Below, one piece after another: positions 40,462-55,347 of a stretch of 64,000 nucleotides of DNA (position 1 is its first letter; every line of letters starts with the position of its first letter). A model generated the notes under the pieces. It had not been told where the DNA came from, searched no databases, and worked only from the letters and a program-made list of their open reading frames with translations. Position numbers and translations under genes: made by a program. Source of the DNA: Octopus sinensis (Eukaryota); assembly GCF_006345805.1 (NCBI RefSeq), contig NW_021836308.1, forward strand, positions 1 through 64,000. The letters are read 5' to 3'.

Positions 40462-40506
<45 letters not shown>

Positions 40507-42925
40507 AGCGAGAGAGACAGTCAGACATTGTATTCGTGATGGTGGGAATAAGAACTGGCTTACTGTAGTGGAGGAGGTACATAACAATTCCGCATTTTAA
40601 ATGGATGAATGGGGGAGAGGACTGAATTAGAGCTGTAATATGTGAAGACAAGATGCCAGGATGTAGCTTCATGATAACCTTCTCCACTTGAGATACACAG
40701 AAAGACCCCCCAAAATGTAGAGTAATCTAAATCATCCAAACATACAAATAACATGCATTAAGGACACAAAGTGTGAAATGAAATAAGTAAATAAAGAAGG
40801 CAAACCTTTTTCTCCCACTCGCATTATGGTTGCTTGAGGTTTCCTCTTATCGTTGTTAACTGTTGTGATTGCAAACGTAAGTGCTTTATTTGAAGGTAGA
40901 TCTTTAAATTCTTTATATAAAGAGTTACGTGTAAGATATTCAGGGTCCTGACAATGATCTGTTAAGTTATTTTCATCAATAATTTGGACGCAATAACCCT
41001 TCAGTTTTCCATTTACTAATTTGAGTGGAATTTTCTGGAAATATAAAATGTACAGATGTGAAAACAGTTGGAGAAATATAAAGAAGACTGTCAGGAAATT
41101 CAAAAGAGAAATCATTAAAAATTTTGGATAATAATTTAGTAAATATTAATTCATCTTGACCACCATTGTTTTAATGTTTTAATGTCCGCTTTCCTATGCT
41201 TGCATGGATCAAGTAAGGTTGGTCAAGGCATATTTTCTATGGCCAGATGTCCTTTGATCACCAACCTTTGGTCAGACGTTTCCACAGCATATAGGAAATG
41301 AGTGAGCACACCGGGCGAAAAAGGTGGCGAGCTGGCAGAAACGTTAGCATGCTGGGTGAAATGCTTAGCAGTATTTCGTCTGCCGTTACGTTGTGAGTTC
41401 AAATTCCGCCGAGGTCAACTTTGCCTTTCATCCTTTCGGGGTCGATAAATTAAGTACCAGTTATGCACTGGGGTCGATGTAATCGACTTAATACCTATGT
41501 CTGTCCTTGTTTGTCCCCTCTGTGTTTAGCCCCTTGTGGGTAGTAAAGAAATAGGTATTTATTTACAAAAATCAAGCAATGTCAAATCAAGGAAACAACA
41601 CACACACATATGTGTATGGCAGGATTCTTTTAGTTTCCATCTATCAAATCCACTCACAAGGTGTTGGTTGGCCTTGGGCTATAATAGAAGACACTCTCGC
41701 TCAAGGTGCTGTGCAGTAGGGCTGAACCCAAAATAATGTGGTTACAAAATTAATGTTTTCTTTCCAACTACAAAGCCTCAATCATTCAATTAGAACAATA
41801 ACTGCTTTGATGTCATCAGTTACCACCATGACTAACAAACAATTCAATTGAAGGTCAGTAAATATAAATACTATATCCTGCTTCATCACATCAATAGAGA
41901 CTGTTTAGGGCTTAGTCAAAGAAGGAAGATGAAAGCTGATGATATCCACAGAACTTCAAAGGTTAACCCTCTTTCAATACCAACCCGGCTGAAACTGGCT
42001 CTGGTTCTGAGTACAAATATCTTGTTTTCATAAGTTCTGAATTAAAATATTCCACCAAACCTTAGTCACAATTTATGTTCCTAACACTAGCTTAATGATA
42101 ACTAAGTTATTTTATTAAATTCTTTGTTATATTTAAAATTAATTGAAAGAAACACAGAGCATCTCAACAGAAACATTGTAACAAAATGGTTAGAATATAT
42201 AATAGAGAAACAATTCTTAATCCTTTCATTACCAACCTGGCTGAAACCGGCTCTGGTTCTGAGTACAAATGTCTTGTTTTCATTAAGTTCTGAATTAAAA
42301 TATTCCACCAAACCTTAGTGACAATTTATGTTCCTAACACTAGCTTAATGATAACTAAGTTATTTTATTAAATTATTTGTTATATTCATTGAAATTACAC
42401 TTGCATTCCATACTTTCTTTAACAGGTGAAAAGCAATCCTTGCCTTATTTATTCTCGTTTTAATATCTTCGTCAGTGCCGCCTGAAAACGTTATCTTACT
42501 ACTTAAATATGTAAACTTGGCTATATCCTCTAGTTCACTGGTTTCTAGTTTAATATGTTCACTGTTTGCTTCATTAATGCACATAATTTTTGATTTGTCG
42601 TGGTTGACTTTCAATCCTAGTTTGGCAGCTATTGCTTCTAATTTTGACGCTTTATTTTGCATCAACAGATGCTTGCGTAGTATACTTAAAATTAGATGGC
42701 CCGAACACATAAGCAATATGGAGCTATGGCAAAGAACAAATCAAGTTTTGATTAGAGAGCAAATATTTAAGAAAAAGTGGAAGTGGATTGGTAGCACAAT
42801 TAGAAAAGACACACCAAATGTAGCGAAAAGTGCTTTACAGGGCTTTTTTAAACACATGGTGTCTTAAAAGGACTTTCCTCCTGATCTTAATGAGCACATA
42901 AACAAAAACATGCATTAAGCACCCC

Positions 42926-42962
<37 letters not shown>

Positions 42963-43268
42963 CAAATTAAATTCTCTGAAGAGGCCGTGGGGCATCCTTG
43001 TTAATGCCTCATTTATACCTGCCTTTATGGCTTATAGGTTAAATGAGGTATGACTGCCCTTACTGCCGAAACAGCTGTCAGATAGGATATAATTACGTAT
43101 TATATTTTATATTTTATACTTATATTTTCCTTGTCTATTTACATTTACTGTATATTTTGTATAATGCCTTTACTGATATGTAATGGTGTAATAAAGTATT
43201 GATTGGGTATCATCTGATAGTTGATGTTTTATTGATTTAAGTATGTTTCTCCATTTTCTAATTTTGTA

Positions 43269-43300
<32 letters not shown>

Positions 43301-46300
43301 GAGGATATTGAATTTCTCTCCCTAATCAAGATGTCAAAATCAGTATTTTCCACAAAGAATGTGTTCTCAAATAAGAATGTGTTCTTTATATAATTATATA
43401 TATATTTCAAAAGTTAGACAGAGAAGGGAAAAATAGACGAAAACTTGATGAAAATATAATGGATAGAAAAGGGAGACAAAAACATGGTACAAGGAACATT
43501 TGGTTTCTGAAATGGCTTAGTGGTTTTGTGCTATTTAAAACAAACCACTGTTATCTAACAGGAGTGACAGAGCATAGAGCTACAGGAATAATCTGATGAA
43601 TGTGTGCAAGGACAGGACGAAATAACATTAGTAGAAGGAACAAAATGTTCTTGCTTGTGTGTGTGTGTGTGTGTGTATACGTGCGCGTGTATGTCTATCT
43701 ATATATGTGTTTATGTATGGGGTATGTATATGTGTGTGTGGGTGTGTGTTAGTGTTTGCATGTGTGTATGTTTGTAATTAAACACTCCCTGTTCAAACAG
43801 TGAATAACAGACTCTAAAATATCAGTTTGAAAACTGCTTTTAAGCAAGAAACTCCCATCAGAGGAGTAAACTTTTGTAAACTTGTAAACAACTAATTATT
43901 GAAGCAGAAAAATTATCAGAAACGTCATTTCTATTCATTTCTTTCAAATATAAATACATATATATTCTGTGCCGGTGGCACATAAAAAGCACCATTCGAG
44001 CATGATTGTTACCAGCATCGCCTTACTGGCACTCGTGCCAGTGTGCAGGTGGCATGTAAAAAAAAAAACACCATTTGGGCGTGGCCGTTGCCAGTACCGC
44101 CTGACTGGCCCTCGTGCCGGTGGCACATAAAAAGCCCCATTCGAGCATGATTGTTACCAGTGTCGCCTTACTGGCACTCGTGCCAGTGTGCAGGTGGCAC
44201 GTAAAAAAAAAACACCATTTGGGCGTGGCCGTTGCCAGTACCGCCTGACTGGCCCTCGTGCCGTGGCACATAAAAGCACCCACTACACTCTTGGAGTGGT
44301 TGGTGTTAGAAGGGCATCCAGCTGTAGAAACTCTGTCAGATCAAGATTGGAGCCTGGTGCAGCCATCTGGTTTGCCAGTCCTCAGTCAAATCATCCAACC
44401 CATGCTAGCATGGAAAGCAGATGTTAAACGATGATGATGATGATGATGATATATATACATTTTATATTTTTAATTAAGCACATGTGTGTGGTTTGTTTTT
44501 GATTTTTGTCAACTACACAGTATAGTAGGGTCAGTTGGGCACTGTCTTTGAGAAAAAAACAGCACCGTGACACAATTCACTCTGCCAGAAATTTGGAAAC
44601 AACATGCTGTACTGCTTGATATCTATGCTAGAAGCTCCAATATGAACATTTCAGAGTGTTTGAATGTCAATCTGAGGAGAGTGATAAAAATCAAACATCC
44701 AGTCAGCATCATGGTGTTTGGAGTGATCAGTAGTAATGGTGACATTATGCCTCCATTCATCTTCCCACATGGCCTCAGACTCAACACAAAGGTCTACATC
44801 AAGTGCCTAGAGGAGGTAGAGCTGCCCTGGGTCAAGAGGGTGGCTGCTGAAAGACCTTGTGTCTGGCAACAGGTCTCTGTACCATGCCACACAAACAGGA
44901 GAATCCAGTCATGGTTGTCAGACAATTTCTGCGACATCATCATCCCCTAACATTTGGCCACCTAACTCCCCAGAGTGCAACCCCCTTGATTATTATGTGT
45001 GGAGTGCAGATGAATAAGGACCAATAAAACTCCTTGTAACACCAAAGATGAACTGAAGGCAAGGATTATGGTAACATTCACCAACTTAAACAAGGAGACC
45101 ATCCAGAAGAGTTGCGGGAGATTCCGAAGTTGTCTGGAGGCTGGAGTTGAAGCCAATGGCAATACTATTGAATGAATTTATTCTTAAGTATTTCAAGATA
45201 TTTTAATATAATTTTGGTAAATATATCTGTTAAAATGAGATGTCAGTGCTATTTTCATTTTTGCGTAATTTAGACAACAATTCTTTCACCGCACCCTGTA
45301 TACACACACACACACACACACACACACTGCCATCATCACTGTTTATTGTCTGTCTTCCATATTGGCATGGGTTGGATGGCTTGACAAGAGCTGACAAGGC
45401 AGTGAATTGCACCAAGCTTCAATGTTTGCTTTCTATGACTGGATGCCCTGCTTAATGCCAACTGCTTCACAGTGTGTACTGGGTACTTTTTACATGGAAC
45501 TGACTAGTGAGGTCACTAAGTAACTGGTAAGATGAAATACCTCAACTGAACTGGGGGCATAGCGCTGGGGGTGTTGGCCTTTTGCCAGATGATGGAAAGT
45601 TAAAGTATGATAGAAGGACAGAAACAGGTGTCTCACAGTAGGAGAGATACATTGCTACCCTAGTTGGAAAAGGGAAGATGATGGCAGTGAAGAGGTATCA
45701 GGGTGTACCTTTAAGTTACAGGAAGATGAAATAAGAGAAGTGGCCCAGGGGATTAGATAGGGTGAATGAATAGGTAAGTTTGCAAGAATATGCAAGGAGA
45801 GTGGCAGATGGATAGAGTTGGGGTAGAAAAGAATGCAGTGAATAGAGAACATGAATAGAGGTGCGGTCAATAGGGAATATCAGTTTGGAGGAGGAAAGTC
45901 AGAAAGTCAGATGAAATAAAACTGGGACAGGAATTTGATGTGAGCAGAATGGCTGAAATTGCATGTGTGCATGGTGTGAAAGAGAAGCACAGTACCAAGG
46001 ACAGGGTTAGAAGTACAAAGGGGTGGAAATAGTGGGAGACAAACATAAGTTGTGGTGACTGAAATTGGCAGAATGGGGAGATGCAAAGGGGAAGACTGGA
46101 GGTGAAAGGAGAGTTCTACGGAGAATAAGATGGTAATACTGAGAAGGTGCGTGGCTCAGTGACAAGAGCATTGGGCTCACAATTACAAGGTAGTGAGTTC
46201 GTTTCCTGGACCAAGCTGTATTGTGCTCTTGAGCAAGATACTTTATATCTTGTTGCTCCAGTTCACTCAGCTGTAGAAATGAGTTGTGATGTCCCTGGTG

Positions 46301-46699
46301 CCAAGCTGTATTGGACCCCTTGTTTTTTCCCTTGGATAACATTGGTGGTGTGGAGAGGGGAGGTTGGTATGCATGGGCGACTGCTGGTCTTCTATAAACA
46401 ACCTTGCCCAAACTTGTGTCTTGGAGGGTAACTTTCTAGATACAATTCCATGGTCATTCATGACCGAAGGGTGTCTTTACCCTTTACTGAGAATGCAAGA
46501 AAAAAGTGCTATTAGGTGGGATGGTGGTAGTGGTGGTGGTGGTGGATGATTCATATTACTACAGCAGCTGAGTGAATAGTGTTGTAGTCAGAAGAGTGAT
46601 GGGGGGAGGTGTATTAAGAAGAGGAGTTGTAAAGAAGAGACATGTCAAGAACATATTACGTGTAGGGGCATACAAACACACACACCAATACATATATAT

Positions 46700-46732
<33 letters not shown>

Positions 46733-46796
46733 CTGATATATATATGTACACACACATATATATACAGAGATCCATACACATGCGTGCACACACATA

Positions 46797-46836
<40 letters not shown>

Positions 46837-48396
46837 CACACACACACACACAACATTTCATAAGTAATTAATACATTAATTATGCAATAAATGCTTCTAA
46901 TCAGCTAATTATTGTCATAGGATAAGTGGCTATATAATTGCACAAATGTATGAGATATTCTTTTCTGCTCTAGGTACAAGGCCCAAAATTTTGAGGGAGG
47001 GGCCCAGTTGATTAGATTGACCTCAATACACAACTGGTACTTAATTTATCAACCCTGAAAGGATGAAAGGCAAAGTCAACCTTGGTGGAATTTGAACTCA
47101 GAACATAAAGACAGATGAGATACCGCTAAGCATTTTGCCCAGCGTGCTAACGTTTCTGCCAGCAAAAGAGACCAATCGAATAAGTACTAGGCTTACAAAG
47201 AATAAGTCCTGGGGTCAATTTGTTCGACTAAAGGTGGTGCTCTAGCGTGGCCACAATCAAATGACTGAAACAAGTAAAAGAGTAAAAGAGTATACATAAT
47301 GAGCTTTCAGTTTCTATCTTCTAAACCTGTTCACAGGGCTTTGGCAAACCCAGGGCTACAATAGAAGACATCTGTCCAAGGTGCCATGCAATAGAACTGA
47401 ACCTGTACCCTTGTAGTTTACATTTCTTTTGTTTTTTTAGCTTATCTTTTTAAATAAAATTTGTCAAGATAATAGTAAATATATATTCCTTTCTTACCTC
47501 CCAGTAAACTATGATACATTTGCCAAGTCCTGTCTCGGTACAATTCCACAGATAATAACTCCCATTTGTGGTTCTAGGTGGGTTGGCAGGTGCTGAAAGA
47601 GAAGTACAGAATTCTTATAAGATTAATCAAACAACTAATTGACATTTCTGCGATGGGTAGTGGCGGCTAGGTAAGAGTATTTTAGTTGAAAGAAGGGACA
47701 ATACTGACATGTCACTGTCATCATCATTTAACATCCTCATTTCCATGCTTGCACAGGCTGGACATAGAATACTCGGGGCAAATTTTCTATGGCTGGATGC
47801 CCTTCCTGTCACCAACCTTCAACTGTTTCCAAGTCGGGTAATACATCCACATGGACTCACATGTTCTCAGAGAATATTGGAAATGAATTACACTGCTTGT
47901 ATAACAGTGACAATCATTTACAACTATCACAGGAAGTCATTGTAAGGAGACTGTAACACACATATCTCATAAGCATGTGCAGACACACACTAACACATTT
48001 CCATCTGCCAAACTACCAAATCCACCCTCAAAACCTTGATCAACCTAAGACTATAGTAGAAGACATTTGGCCAAGATGCCATACAGAGAGGTTGAAACTG
48101 GAACTATGTGGTTGGGAAGCTAACTTCATACCACATAGCCACACTTGTACCGATAAAAAGTACATCGAAAGTACATATTTAATATTTGGTTTCCATTCTG
48201 GTTCACCAGCCTCGTCTGGCACCTGTGTCGGTGGCACATAAAAAGCACCCACTACACTCACGGAGTGGTTGGCGTAGGAAGGGCATCCAGCTGTAGAAAC
48301 ATTGCCAGATCAGACTGGGCCTGGTGCAGCCTACTGGCTCCCCAGAGCCCAGTTGAACCGTTCAACCCATGCTAGCATGGAAAGCGGACGTTAAAC

Positions 48397-48427
<31 letters not shown>

Positions 48428-49653
48428 CTGAAATTTCATGCCTGCTAGCACCAACTGACATCCTTTTCCATTTGCAGTCGGGTAAAATAATAACAAGCAA
48501 TGGTACCCATGAAATTGCACTGCACCTGCTTCTGCCTAACTACCAGTTATATCATCATCAACCTCTGGACATAACCGTCGTGAGCCATAAGACTCATAGG
48601 GGTACTTATTTTGTTTTCATGACATATAAATGACTTCTTCCTGTTGTCTCAAGCATTTGTCTTATGAAGAAAGGCTGAAGACGTTCAACCTTTATTCTCT
48701 AGAAAAACGCAGCCGCCGTGGTGATCTCATTCTCTCTCACAACATCATAAGCGGAAAGTGTAACCTCTCGAAAGAGCTGTTCTTCACTCCTGCTCCAGAG
48801 CGTCGTCGGCTGTGGGGTCACTCCAAAAAAGCTCTATCTGCGACGATTTCATCTCAATCGAAGGAGAGGGGCTTTCTCCGTCCGGGTTGCGGATCTGTGG
48901 AATAAGCTGCCGTACGAGATAGTGAAGATGCCGACGACCGCTCGGTTCAAAGTCTCTCTTGACCAGAAATGGCCTGAACTCTTTGCATGAAGACCCTTCC
49001 TGTACATAACTCCATGTCCCCCTACATGGCCTTGCACTTTGCTTTTTGAGCCAAAAAATTAACTTAACTTAACTTAACTTAACTTATGATTCTAATCCCT
49101 TTCAAGGTTACTCATTTACAACTGCGTGCAAATGAAGTCTTTTGCTTGGTGATACAATGTACCAGTAATCAAAACTGTGACCTTGCAATCATGAATACAA
49201 GACCCGAGCCATTATGCCACATGTCTTCATTGATAAATAAAGGACAACAGAAAATATGGCAAGAGTAAACCTACCTGTGGCTGTCATAAATTTCGTCGTT
49301 AAGGGTGGGTTCCACAAACCATTGTTTTCTTTTTTAACCCTTGCAGCTACATCGTACATTGTGTAAGGGAGCAGCTTTTCCAGGATAAAAGTATTGGTAC
49401 GATTGAGTAGGGTCTGCTGCAAAAAGAATAACATTAACAACAACAGCAGCAGCGGTGGTGACGGTGGCGACGACGACGACAACAACGACAATGATAAGGA
49501 CAACGACAATGATGAGGACGACAACGACGATTGACAATGACGACGACGATGACAATGACGACGGCGATGATGTCTTCTGCTATAGCCTTGGGCCGACCAA
49601 TGCCTTGTGAGTGGATTTGGTAGACAGAAACTGAAAGAAGCCTGTCGTATGTA

Positions 49654-49722
<69 letters not shown>

Positions 49723-52184
49723 ATGTGTTTGTGTGTCTGTGTTTGTCCTCCGACCATTGCTTGACAACCGATGCTGGTGTGTTTATGTCCCTGTAACTTA
49801 ACGGTTCAGCAAATGAGACCAATAGAATAAGTACTGGGCTTACAAAGAATAAGTTCCGGGGTCGATTTGCTCGATTAAAGGAGGTGCTCCAGCATGGCCG
49901 CAGTCAAAGGACTGAAACAAGTAAAAAAAAAAGAAAAAAAAGTCGATTACATTGACCCCAGTGTTCAAATGGTACTTATTTTAATCGATGCCGAAAGGAC
50001 GAAAGTCAAATTTGACCTCAGCAGAATTTGAACTCAGAGAATATAGTGATGGGTGAAATATTGCTAAGCATTTCATCCAGCACGCTAACAATTCAGCCAG
50101 CTCACTGCCATGAGATCACCATGTCACGCACATATGGTTGTGATACATGTGCCTGGTGTACCCCTATTAGACAGGTAGTCCTGATGAGTATACTGGGCTT
50201 TGTATATTTGTACCCCAGTGTCACTTTGATGACATGTGCTACTCTCTCAATCAATAATAATAAATGCCCTGATTCAGTACCAGGCAGCAGCTCTTATGGA
50301 TTATGATCTTAACTGATTGAAAGTGCTATCATGTACATGTTTTGCCTTGGTATAAAAGATGGGCTATAGCAAATATTCTTCTTACAGATTTGTTTGTTAG
50401 TTGCTTGACCTTAACCAGTTGAACATGTCCCTTAGTGGCTGATGATATGCGTATCTCTAATCCTGAGCAGGCGTAGTGGGGGAGCATCATAGCCATGTGT
50501 CGTGAAGGCAGCGAACTGGCAGAAACGTTAGCACACCGGGCAAAATGCATAGCCGTATTTCGTCTGCCCTTACGCTCTGAGTTCAAATTCCGCTGAGGTC
50601 GACTTTGCCTTTCATCCTTTCGGGGTCGATAAATTAAGTACAAGTTACGCACTGGGGTCGATATAATCGACTTAATCCCTTTGTCCCCTCTGTGCGTTTA
50701 GCCCCTTGTGAGTAGTAAAGAAATACATAGCCATGTGTCAAGATGAATTCTTTGGAGTTTGAATTATTCACCTCAGGAAACATGGGCATTTTGTCCTTTA
50801 TTCAGGGACTTTTTGAGTGGGATAGGCTACTCAACCTGAAGAAAATTCTAACTGGGCCCCACCTGCAAGGTCATGTAGTGTTTATCTTGATATGAGATCA
50901 CCATGTCATGCACATGTGGTTGCGATGCATGTGCCTGGTGTACCCTTATCAGACGGGTAGTCATGATGGGTATATTGGGCTTTGTTTATTTGTACCCCAG
51001 TGTCACTTTGATGGCATGCACTACTCTCTCACTCAATAATAAAAATAACAGTGGTTTCGAATTTTGCCACAAGGCCAGCAATTTCAGGAGAGCAAATAAG
51101 TTGATTACATTGATCCTATTTATCAACTGGTTCTTATTTTATTGATCCTGAAAAAAATACTAATAATTTACTTCCAGTAGAACAGAAAAGTTGCAGGAAG
51201 AAGGCTAAAGGAATGCATGATCTATTCTTTGGCTGCTATTTCTAAAGTTTGGTATGTGGTGAAGCAAATATTTTGCTGAACTCATAATTATAAAAAAATA
51301 TTATATATATATATATATATTTCTTTACTGCCCACAAGGGGCTAAACATAGAGGACACAAACAAGGACAGACAAATGGATTAAGTTGATTACATCGACCC
51401 CAGTGCGAAACTGGTACTTTATTTATCGACCCCCGAAAGCATGAAAGGCAAAGTCAACCTCGGCGGAATTTGAACTCAGAACGTAACGACAGACGAAATA
51501 CCGCTAAGCATTTCGCCCGGTGCGCTAACATTTCTGCCAGCTTGCCATCTATCTATCTATCTATCTATCTATATTCTATCTATCTATCTATCTATATATA
51601 TATATATATATTATATATTACATATATATATTATATACTATAATATACATATATATATACATACATATACATATATATATACATACATATACATATATAT
51701 ATACATACATACATATATACATATACATATATATATACATACATATATACATATATATATACATACATATATACATATATATATACATATATACATATAT
51801 ATATATACATACATATATACATATATATATATACATACATATATATATATGGCACCACAAACAAAAATCGCCCAAAACAAAAATCGCACTCTCATCTCAT
51901 AACAACAATACGGCACAATTATTTCACCTCATTGGCCCCGCTCTCTTTAACATTACACCAAACACATTAAAACAGAAACTGACCCTATAGGGTTCAAGAA
52001 GTCTTTGGACAGATTCCTTCAGAAATCCCGGATAAACCCCCTACACCCGGTATGTCTCTGTAAACAATAACTCTCTACTTGAGTGGGCCATAGTGCCCAA
52101 ATTCTGACTTGAAAGACTTCACCAGGTGGTGCTATTAAGTTAGACATGGCTGGGCCAATAATGGCCGAAACTATCAAGTATCAA

Positions 52185-52267
<83 letters not shown>

Positions 52268-52305
52268 TATAATATATATAATATATAGATATATATATAT
52301 ATATA

Positions 52306-52339
<34 letters not shown>

Positions 52340-52619
52340 TATATATATTACATATATATATATATTATATATATATATATATATATATCTATATAATATA
52401 TATATATATATAATACATACACTATATATATATATACAACACACATATATAATATATATATATACATATATATATATACCAACACATATATATATATATA
52501 TACATAATATATATACAACATATATATATATATACACACATATATATATATACACTTATATATATACACACACATATATATATATTATACACACACATAT
52601 ATAATATATATATATACAC

Positions 52620-52652
<33 letters not shown>

Positions 52653-52677
52653 TATATATATACACACATATATATAT

Positions 52678-52757
<80 letters not shown>

Positions 52758-54135
52758 TATATATATATATATATAAGACCCGAACCTTCTGGTGGTGTAA
52801 AGCACTTGTAGCGATGCCATGTAAAAGTTTCTGTGTGGTTTCACACAAAACCACACCACATCAAAGTGCCCACACAGAACCAGGTGCCTGTGTGGTGCCA
52901 TGTATAGTGGTTTGCATTAGGAGGGGCATCCAGCTGTAGAATCCATACCAAATTGGACTGGAGTCAGGTGCAGTCTCCCTACCCTGCCAGCTTGCCAGCT
53001 CTGGTCACACCATCCAACCCATGGACAACAGATACTCTCTTTACTCTTTTACTTGTTTCAGTCATTTGACTGTGGCCATGCTGGAGCACCACCTTTAGTC
53101 GAGCAAATCAACCCTGGGACTTATTCTTTGTAAGCCTAGTACTTATTCTATCGGTCTCTTTTGCTGAACTGCTAAGTTACGGAGACGTAAACACACCATC
53201 ATCGGTTGTCAAGCGATGTTGGGGGGACAAACACAGACACACAAACATATACACACACACATATATATATACATACATATATACGACAGGCTTCTTTCAG
53301 TTTCCCTCTACCAAATCCACTCACAAGGCTTTGGTTGGCCCGAGGCTAGAGTAGAAGACACTTGCCCAAGGTGCCACACAGTGGGACTGAATCCGGAACC
53401 ATATGGTTGGTAAGCAAGCTACTTACCACACAGCCACTCCTACACCTATGTCAATTGGTGATGATATATACATAGTTTCTGCCTACCAAATCCACTCACA
53501 AGGCTTTGGTTGGCCCGAGGCTATAGTAGAAGACACTTGCCCAAGGTGCCATGCAGTGGGACTGAACCCGGAACCATGTGGTTGGTAAGCAAGCTACTTA
53601 CCACTCAGCCACTCCTACACCTATGTCAATTGGTGATGATATATACATAGTTTCTGCCTACCAAATCTGCTCACAAGGTTTTGCTTGGCCTGTTGCTATA
53701 GTAAATGATATTTGCCCAAGGTGTATACACATTAAAACTGAACTTGAAACGACATGGTTGGGAAGCCAACTTCTTAACTATAGAAGCACATCTGCCAACA
53801 GACTTGATATATATGACTGCCAATGGATCATATAACAATAACTGTTAATATATCAAATACCAATGACTAGAAATGGATCATATATCAGTAACTATCAAAT
53901 ATGACTGACAGATATGAATGGCTGGCAATTAGATCAGATAGATGGCAGCCAATAAATCACAGGCGCAGGAAGGGCTGTGTGGTAAGTAGCTTGCTTACCA
54001 ACCGCATGGTTCCGGGTTCAGTTCCACTGCGTGGCACCTTGGGCAAGTGTCTTCTACTATAGCCTTGGGCCGACCAAAGCCTTGTGAGTGGATTTGGTAG
54101 ATGGAAACTGAAGGAAACCTGTCGTATATATGTAT

Positions 54136-54168
<33 letters not shown>

Positions 54169-55295
54169 TGGCACGTAAAAAACACCATCCGAGCGTGGCC
54201 GTTCGCCAGCCTCGTCTGGCACCTGTGTCAGTGGCACATAAAAAGCACCCACTACACTCACGGAGTGGTTGGCTTTAGGAAGGGCATCCAGCTGTACAAA
54301 CACTGCCAGATCTGACTGGCCTGGTGCAGCCTTCGGGCTTCCCAGACCCCAGTTGAACCATCCAACCCATGCTAGCATGGAAAGCGGACGTTAAACGATG
54401 ATGATGATGATACGTATGTATGTATGTATGTGTGTATATATGTTTGTGTGTCTGTTTGTCCCCCCAACATTGCTTGACAACCGATGCTGGTGTGTTTACG
54501 TTCCCGTAACTTAGCGGTTCGGCAAAAGAGACCGATAGAATAAGTACTAGGCTTACAAAGAATAAGTACTGGGGTCGATCTGCTCGACTAAAGGCGGTGC
54601 TCCAGCATGGCTGCAGTTAAATGACTCAAAAAAGTAAAAGAGTAAAAGAGTATATCAATGACTGCTAATAGATCAAATACCAGTAATTGCCAACAGACCA
54701 AATGTTGATGGTTGCCAAAAGATCTAAATTATTTTTTTAAGATGCTAGGCTATGAGTGATGGGAAGGTAAAATTTTGCTCCTATTTCTAGCAGCAGATCA
54801 TGCAATATAGTATAGACAGGGCCAGTTTCAAGCCAATTAGATTTGTTCAAATTGAGCTCCATGCCAAGAGAAGGCCCCGAGCATGTGCGTGAGCAGAGGA
54901 TGCTATGATGTATTTTTAGTACATTGTTGTGCTTAATGGTGGAACCTCAAGCTCTTAACACTTTTTGGCTTGGACTGGCATATTACATGAAGCATAAAAC
55001 ATCAATCTTTGGTGGCTTTTGTAGAGTAGAGGGGTACCACTAACAATTCTCTAACTGATCTACACACGTCCTAGCACCAGCCCTGCATATAGAGACATCT
55101 TTGCCGGATCGTGTTCTGCTCTTACCTTTGAAACACGCATTGAGTCGAACAAGGGGCAGCTGATGAAGGGGAATATTCCTTGTATTGTTTGTCTTGTACT
55201 CTGTTTTTTCGTTGTTAAAAAAAGTCTGTTTCCCTGTTTTGTTTTTTATGTTTTCATTTCTCGTTGTGTTCTACGTTTATTTGTGGTGTCCTGTA

Positions 55296-55347
<52 letters not shown>

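Noticed and set aside
43590-43640. CTGATGA...GAAA spacing
   Set aside because: Stems I and II do not pair
50165-50225. CTGATGA followed by a good hairpin
   Set aside because: No GAAA follows, and the sister copy (~50955) reads catgatgg; part of repeat family F
55120-55175. Possible type II hammerhead (GAAA before CTGATGA; similar arrangement at ~1640-1680 minus)
   Set aside because: Stem I cannot form here, and stem II cannot form in the ~1640 case
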